Origin: Oculina patagonica
Lineage: Eukaryota
Reading direction: 5' to 3'
Length of the DNA stretch: 64,000 nt
NCBI RefSeq assembly: GCF_052425735.1
Contig: NC_135765.1
Span: 27,218,001 to 27,282,000, forward strand
The notes beneath the pieces are model-generated. The model saw only the letters and a program-made list of their open reading frames with translations. It was not told the DNA's origin and did not search any database. The position numbers and the translations under genes were made by a program. Position 1 is the first letter of the stretch, and the number at the start of each line of letters is the position of its first letter. Positions 11,601 through 20,600 of the stretch are shown in pieces.

Positions 11601-14600
11601 TCTTAACATGCTGATCAATGTTCAATAATAAAAAATAGGGGTCACCGAGCTCGTTTTTGAGTTATAAGCACTTAAAGACAAAATTAAAGGTGTTTTTAAC
11701 AGGTTATACTATTGCTATAGTAACCACTGACGTCATGAAAATAACCAAAACATATTCACCAATCATTGGGCATTAATTTCATACCATTATTGTAGCATCA
11801 ACTGATAAAGATTTGTAGTAATGACCCGTCAAAGTATAAGAGCTGGAAAATGCTGGAAACCGTTACCAGCCACCTTAAGATGAGAAATAATGACTGTTAC
11901 TATAAAAATAAACACTTTTATGACCGGCGCGTGTAATTGCTCACCTAGTTTGCTCAAGGTTGGCTTTCAGAGAACTTCGAAAAAAAAATCGTGCAACTTA
12001 AACCACAGGTAGCCCAAGCTCCTAAAGGAGCCGTCAACATATAGACCACATACGACATTGCGTAATAACGTTATTATAAGGGTTTGTATGGGAATATAAC
12101 GATCGTAAAAAATAGTTCAAAATAGAGGAAAAATATCCAATAAAATTCACTTAACTATCCTCTTCTGTCTATATCTTGTGTTTCTATGCCGTTTGGAGGC
12201 GATTTGAAGCCATTTCAGTGGGTTTTAGGTTCGCTGGTTTCCTATCATTTAGGGTTTGTATGGGAACAACGATCGTAAAAAAAAAATTCAAAATAAAGGG
12301 GAAAATATCCGACAAAATCGACTTACCTATCCTCTTCTATGTAAATCTTGTGTTTCTATGCCGTTTGGGGGCGTTTTGAAGCGATTCCAGTGGGTTTTAG
12401 GTTCGCTGGTTTCCTCTCTATATATAATTCCTCAGGTAGGGCACCGAGTGCCGAGGCCAGCAGATCGACTGAAGGAACAGCCATAAATTCGCCCCAGCCC
12501 GATTGCCCAAATGCCCAGAGCACCGCCGAAGTGACCACTGTGCTCATCGATAATCGCCCGCCAAGGAGCAAATTTAGCTTGCAAATGTCACAAGGCTTTT
12601 CCATCGAGAGCCGTTGAAACATGCGTTGACTGTGTGATCCGTGCACGAAGGGTTGAAATGCTTAGCGACCCGGCCTTTTGGTTCAATTACCTGCGGACCC
12701 CACAGGAGAAGGGATAATGTAATGTTATTACCGTGCGGTGAACATTATCCCTTCTACCGTGGGGTCCGCAGGTATTTGAACCAAAAGGCCGGGTCGCTAA
12801 GCATTTTCAAACCCCTGCACGGATCACACAGTCAACGCATGTTCAACGGCCTCGATGGAAAAGCCTTGTGACATTTGCAAGCTAATTGCCCGGGGGCGAT
12901 TTATCAGATGAAGCACAGAAATGGTTAAAGCAACTATCGGCGGTGCCTGGGGAATTTGGGCCTCGGAGCCTGGGGGAATTTATGGCTGAATTCCTTCAGT
13001 CGATCTGCTGGCCTTCGGCACTCGAGTGCCCTACCTTGAGGAATTATATATAGAGAGGAAACCAGCGAACCTAAAACCCACTGGAATCGCTTCTAAACGC
13101 CCCCAAACGGCATAGAAACAAAAGATTTGCATAGAAGAGGATAGGTAAGTCGATTTTATCGGATATTTTCCCCTTTATTTTGAATTATTTTTTACGATCG
13201 TTATATTCCCATACAAACCCTTAAATGATAGGAAACCAGCGAACCTAAAACCCACTGAAATGGCTTCAAATCGCCTCCAAACGGCATAGAAACACAAGAT
13301 ATAGACAGAAGAGGATAGTTAAGTGAATTTTATTGGATATTTTTCCTCTATTTTGAACTATTTTTTACGATCGTTATATTCCCATACAAACCCTTATAAT
13401 AACGTTATTACGCAATGTCGTATGTGGTCTATATGTTGACGGCTCCTTTAGGAGCTTGGGCTACCTGTGCTTAAACATGTTATTTTTATAATCTTTGGTT
13501 AGAGGTTTTCACGTTGTTCTAAATTTAGCGTTTAATTGAAGTAAGAGGATGAACATTTGTTTATTTAGGCCCCCGCAATCAAAACAGATTTATAAAAATG
13601 CAGTCAAAAGTTTTTCTTGGCTGTTAAAAGGTGAAAGAGGGCATCTTGCCAAAATCGATCTTTGCTGTATGATAATTTCGCCTGCGTTGTTTTTTAATCT
13701 GGTGGTTTCTAATCTAAATTCTACTTCATTCTTGAATGAATAAAGGGACAATAATTTCGACAGAAACTAACTTTTCCAGCTTATAAGAATCACATAGGGA
13801 GGTTTTGTGTTGGGGTTCAAGTGAAAGGTTTAGAACAAGCCCTTGCGTGCACTCGTGACATTACAACGCCGTTTAAAAGACTCGAGGTCGGTAAGTTGTG
13901 CATTGCTTTCGAAACCGAAAATATGGCTCTCGGAAGAAGGGAAAAGCTTAAAATTCGGCAGATGCAACACGATATTCAACTTATAGCAGTAAGTACAAGA
14001 ATTTTTTGTAGACAGCGAAAATTTTTGCCTTTTATGTCCATTCATGTTGCTCCAATGAATTTGTAAATGATGTTCCGTTTTCGTTGTTTCCTTGGAGAGT
14101 ATATAGTTTAACAATAGCTTAACGTGAAACGAAGGGAGCGTTAGACAAAACTACGAGCACAGAATTGAAAAATATGCTTTGAATTCGCTAATTTGTTAGC
14201 TATATGTAACATAAACACAACTTTAATCAGTGAATTCAGAGAGTGTAGAATCGGCCTCGGCTGGGGCAGAATCGATAGCATCGGAGTCAGACTAGTGAAC
14301 GGCAAGAAAGGACCTCGTAACTCAAACTGCTTTTGTTCTGATTATTGCCAACTATATAACGCAAAAATTCTGCAGGTATTTCAAAGGAACGAATCATTTG
14401 CTGAGGTTGCCAGTGAAATTTATTGTTGATAGCAAGTATTTCACAACCTTTATCCGCCAATTCGTTTTTCTGTAGCACTCTGTAGAATCCAGGCTATTCA
14501 TTTCACCTAAGTTCGTTCATTTTGCTGCACTTTGCCTTCAGTTAGTGATGAAATGTTTGGCCTTTGGAGGCGAATAAATTTCACAAATTACAGTGCTGTA

Positions 14601-17600
14601 ATTCGCATGATTCCCTCAGTACAAAATGTAAGCCTTTTAAATGTTGAAATGTTTGTTACATAAACGAGCTGTGGCAGTTTTATGCTCGTGACTGCTTGTT
14701 GCACCGTTGTCTTTGTCTTAATTGAAGGACCAAATTCACAATCTTGGTACAAATTTTCAAGTAAAACTCTGTCTGTCAAAAACGTCTGTTAAAAAAGCAT
14801 CACCATTATTATGTCTTTTTCAGCATTGGAGGAAATATATATATCACAACAAGAGACAGTGTTTTTATCGGGAAATTCAAACATCGAGAAGAGAGTTGAA
14901 AACTGAATACAACGCGCAGCGGACTATTTTCAACGAAATTCGAGATGTTTAGCATGTTTAGATAGCCGATGTTTGTTGCATGAACGAGCTGTGGAAACTT
15001 TTATGCGTGTGACTGCATTGCAATGTATACACTGGCGATATTTTTGTTGCACCGTTGTCTTTTTCTAAATTGAAGGCACACATTCACAATCTTGCTACAA
15101 ATTTTCAAGTAACTGAGGAATATAATGAACACTCGCCGCTTACCTGACACCGAAATTCTTGTGGAAAATTTAGATAGATTTGTACAAAGCTGAGAGGAGA
15201 TTGCTAAAATTCAGGATAGTGAACAAACCTCTTGAAAATTATTTTAAATGCGTTCATGTTGAGATGATTATAATAATTTAATGTTTCAAGCTCTTTTAGA
15301 GGAAATGGTTATCAACTATTAGGAATTAACTGTATTTGCGCTGTTCAGGGGAAATTCGGCTAACTAACTGTTGCCTTTACAAAATGCTCGATATATTTTT
15401 CTTTCACTACAGCACACAAAAAAACTACTCACAGCACGAATACTTTCACTACTTACAATGCTTACAATACAATTACAGTTTTATACAGCTACTAACATTT
15501 TTTCAATATTATAACTTACAGTACTTATATAACACAATGAAATGCTCGGTATACATCGGAAATATATGCACGAATGCATGCATGTGAAACATTTAACGAA
15601 TCATTTTAAACTTTTTACAGTGAGCCGAGCGGTATATCGTTTAACATCGTGTTTGAATTATAAAAGGTCTTCTTGAGCTAACATGGCCGTGAAGGAGACG
15701 GTCACGATTATTATTATATAAACATCAGTGAATTACCAGGTAATCTTTCGCGCGAAAAAATCATATCTTCACTTGTGAAAATAACATGTTATTTTCACGT
15801 GTGAAGATATCGATTTTGAAACATTTTCTGACAAGTTTGCCGTGTTTCAATACTGAATAAGCCAAAGTAAATCGATATTAAGTCGAAACATCTTCGGATC
15901 TTCCTCGGCAATCTTCGGAAAACTTTCGGAAACATTCGTACGACCTTCGGACAACATTTTGCAAATCTTCGGAAAATGGTCGGCAATCTTCGGAAAATCG
16001 TCAAAAACATCGTAATTAGTAGGTTTATATAATAAACAGAATATTACATGGTTGCTTGGAGATATGAAATTTATCTTCTGGTGTTCAAATCGATATCCCA
16101 CTCGTTCGCTGCGCTCACTCAAGAGATATCGATTTGAACACTCGAAGATAAATTTCATATCTCCGCCCAACCATGTAATATCCTCTATATATGTACCAAG
16201 GAGAGTAGTTTCATTATCCCTGTTGATATTATTGGGGTAAAGTCTTATGTGAATTGCCTCTTTGACCCTGCGTTTGTACCAGTGTGGGTCACGATCACGT
16301 GGGTCACGGTTCTGAAGCATGGATGCCCACGATCAAAAAACACAACAACAGGAGAACCGGACGACAGCGGACCGCTGAGGGAACAACAGGACACAGAAAC
16401 AGTGAGGATCGAAATGCACCAATCACAGCTGTTGAAAACCAACCAATCACAGCGCGGCAGCGTGTTTTATAAGTTCACGCACAACCAGTCGACCTTATCG
16501 CCTGATGAAGACTAGTAGTGTGCAGTCGAAACGTCGCGATCTCCATCACACGTGACTACATCGTTAGACAAACGAAAAACACTTAATTATTATTGTACTC
16601 TACCACGATGAATAACCACAACATTTTTTACGAAAAGGTTATATTTTGCAAAGGCATGATTCTGTCTTTTTTTCAGGATTGGAGGAAACATACAACACAA
16701 GTGACATTGTTTCATCGGGATATCCAAACACCGAGAAAAGAGTTGAAAATACGACGGGCAGCGGAGTATTTTTAACGAAACTCGAGGTGTTTGGATAGCC
16801 GATGAAACACTGTCCCGAGGGTTTGATATATCTTCTCAATCGAAACAAAAACTACGGAGTAAACGGAGAAATATCGTAAAAAATCTATGCTAATTAAGAC
16901 CGGGTATCCAAACCTCCTTCACGTTTATGATTTTCTTTGTAACTTGATGAATTATTAATGAGTTTGAGAAGTGGAGTTAAACCATGTACTTCCTATATTC
17001 TTTTTAACCGTAAGATTCGTATCACGTCCTGTAAGGCTCTAGCAAGTGATGGCAATGTTACGGTCTTTTGTAGCCCGCAGCTAAAGTCTTTTCTATGTGT
17101 GTAAGCTTGCACGCATTTTTAAACGCGCTGCCTACACGTTGTTACCTCGGGCCTTGATTGTTCCATAACTTTAAGATTTTGCTCTTTTAGCAATTAGATT
17201 TTCTAGTCTTGAATTGTTTTATTATATTTGATTTTCACAAAATCGCGAAATTTAAGACCCGCGAATTTATTTTTAAACTTCTTTAACGCATTTTTTAACG
17301 CTTTTAACGTATTTTCGGCCAAATCGTGAAAATCAAGTCCTGCGAAAAAAAACGTTCCATTTTCGCGAGATTAAGTTCCCGCGAAAATAGGTAATAATTA
17401 ATTTTATTATTTTTTTTATTGTTTCAATTTTATGGCGCATTTGAATGTATGTCTATAGATATTTTCACCTTAAAAGTTAGAAATATAACAATTGTCACCA
17501 TCTTTTGCTACAGTGATGGACAGTTTTATACTATTTCTGGCTAAATCTGTTATTCTTAATACATATTTATCTTTCGTTTTAGATTTTCATTGTTTCCGCC

Positions 17601-20600
17601 CTCCTGGGCACGATGTATGCACTCAACTGCCCGGACGACATGTTCGACAACCTTAATTTCTGCTGTAAATTCTGTCCAGTGGGAACGTTCTTGAAACATC
17701 CATGCAACGAGAGCAAAGGCAGCTCTTTTTGTGAGCCATGCCCGGTAAGATTTCTTATTGATATATGTTCAGTTACTTTACAGGCTACTTACTTAATTAT
17801 ATCTTTCAGCGCTATGTTTGGTCTATGCAACGTGCCAAATTCTAAAGTAATGCCCGCTTACAGCGCGTTTGGCCCTCTCCAAGAGGTAAAATAAACTGTT
17901 TTGATACAGATCGTCGTGTACTACCCGTTAATTTTTGGTCCTTGTGCGAATTTCTAAGAACGCAATCGATGTGGAAAGTACATATAATCTTGCATTAGAT
18001 TAGACGCGCAAAAGCCAATGTTAATAACAATAACAGTGCAAGCTCGAGGTTTCTATCGGCTGGAAGTTCGCAAAACGCCAACTATTAAAAGCCAATAAAA
18101 ACCGAGAGCAAACCCTCTAGCTGTTTACGCAAAACTAGCCAATCAGATTGCAAGTTTGCTTTAAAGTCAGTCACTGGGTTATGCTAATTGTACTTATTTT
18201 GTCCTTTTCCTTTGAACAGCGAGAAACATACATGGATAAAATAAACAACATAACGCAATGTGAGCCTTGTAGGAAGTGCGGTCCTTCGCAAGTTGCACTG
18301 GTCTCATGCGAGCCAAGCCATAACAGAGAATGTGGCTGTGCGCCCGGAAAATATCACGACCCAGCTTTTCTCTTTTGTATGGATTGTCGTAAATGTACCG
18401 TGGGGGAGGGGGTAGTGTCGCAGTGCACACAAACAAGTAATACCAAGTGTCAGCCGTGTCCAAAGGTTAGTATACCAGTAATACTTCTCTCGTGGGTTCT
18501 CCCTATAGCTGACTATACGGGGAAGCTTTGAATTCTTCTAGATTTTAGTGCTACAAAAAGACCTTATTTCTATATGTCTGAAGAAATGGAAAACGTGCGA
18601 AATCGCTTTTTTCATTTCGTTATTTTCTATCAATCTCTCTTCATCTAACCATACGACTTTTTGGGCTTATCAAGTAGTCTTAAGGCTTTATTCCGACAGA
18701 AATAGTTAAAATAGCCGTCCCTTGTAATGGAGTTCGAAGGTATGTGCAGACATGCGACTCGTTGCTGAGTGTTTTCAACACAAAATGTAATAAGGAGGTT
18801 GTGTGATCGGTGATCGGTTAGATTCAAAACTGAAATTCGCCTTCCAACTAGAGTTTGGTCCTCATTCTTTAGTATGCAAGAACGAGTATGCTTTGGCCTG
18901 TTAAAAAAGGCATGATTATGTCTTATTTCAGCATTGGATGTGGAGTTCTTCAATGTAGCTCCTATTTATTAAATGCCTGACTGAATCTTGAGATTCGTAT
19001 CACGTCCTGTCACTAAGGCTCTAGCAAGTGATAGCAAAAATACGGTCTTTTGTAGCCCGCAGCTTAGGTCTATTTATTTCTCGTTCTTTTTTTCTGGGGG
19101 TCACCTTCACGCAACGCTTGAGGATCGTTGCGTGACGGCTGCAAAGGAGGCCAAGAATGCAAGAGCTCAATTTTAGTTCAGCACAAGTTGGGCATTCGTA
19201 ATCTTCCTCAATATTATTTTTTTAATCTCATTATCCGAAACTCTATTGTAACTTTCACTTTTTCCAATTTTAAGGCTGTTTTGTACGGCAACAAAGACGA
19301 CACAATGTCAATTAGATTGTTTGAATGTACTATTGTCAGAAAAAGGCAATTTATCAATTATTATTATTTTTTGCTTGTATAGGGAACCTTCTCTAGTAAA
19401 GAAAGTTATGAAGAGCATTGCATTCAATGCTCCAAATGTGAGCCAGGTGGCATTGTACTAGAAGAATGCAATGCATCACGGGATACAATATGCCAGAGAG
19501 CAAATGTAACACACACCGTCCAAGCATCAAATACGGTACCAACAGGTAAGAGTATTTTTAACAGCGGTGTCAGCAGATCAAAACTGAAATAAAAATTCAC
19601 GCTAATCCTAGAATAGCCTTCTCGGGCTTTGAACAACCCGGCCCTGAACTCACTCTTAAACAGGTTATAAGATAGTGGAAAACAAGAGGAACATGGTCTT
19701 GCGCTTCAATCTTCACGCCTCACGCTTCGCACTTCACGCCTCACGCCTCACGCTTTACGTCTCGCGCCTCACGTTTCACGCTTCACGCCTCACGCGTGTT
19801 TTTCCACGCGCGCCTTATGCGAGAAGCGTGGGGCCGATATTTAAAAGCAAAATTAAGGTGGCTCACAATAGTTTAGATTCAAAGTATTTACATCAGTTAG
19901 CCAATAAAGACTCGGAAAAATATATGTAGCCGGAACCAATCGTGGTTAAACAAGTAGTCTGAATAATTTTCGGTTGGTTTTCATTTGGATAAGGCGAATA
20001 TTTTTTTATTATTACCAATCACAGAGCAACAAGTACTGTGTTTCATTTTTTGCAGCTCCATTCACGGCCTCTGCACCAACAAACGGTGGAAACTCGCTAC
20101 AACCTATTAAAAATGAGGAGAACAAAAATTTAATTTACGTTCTTGGGATTTCCTTCGCCGTGGTATTTGTTATTGTTATTGTGTTCGCTATATATTGCTT
20201 GTGGAGGAGGCGGCGTGGTGACGAGGAAAACGAAGCTAACAACCACTCAGGTACATAGTGGCAGGAATAAAGGCGACCAACCTTTGTTCTATTAAAAGGT
20301 GATTTCCAGTCCGTACTGTGCAATCTCCGCCTGCAATGTTTATGTAAGTGCCGGGGTGGGGGGACTCCCCCAAAATACCTATATGGGTATGTGCCGCCTA
20401 ACGAGGTCCTGATTTTGGGCTAACATCCTGAAAAAATGCAGAGGCAAGTTGGAATGTCTGATATATGAAATGCTATTTATCAAGGAAATCAGACCAACCC
20501 TAAATACGCAAGCAGACTCCATCCGTGGGAAACTTTTTAATTAGCTGACATTTTCCCAATCAACTGACATTATTCGTTTCATTTTTGACACTCAGACTGC

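Noticed and set aside
12742-12810. HDV-like ribozyme (CCC-TTCTACCGT-GGG-GTCCGCA-GG...CTAA)
   Set aside because: P3/L3-like and J4/2-like pieces are present but no complementary P2 or convincing P1 could be formed, and the two arms disagree in the loop.
15847-16320. 157-aa ORF as a gene
   Set aside because: It is a chimera of an inverted Penelope endonuclease fragment and a non-coding repeat.
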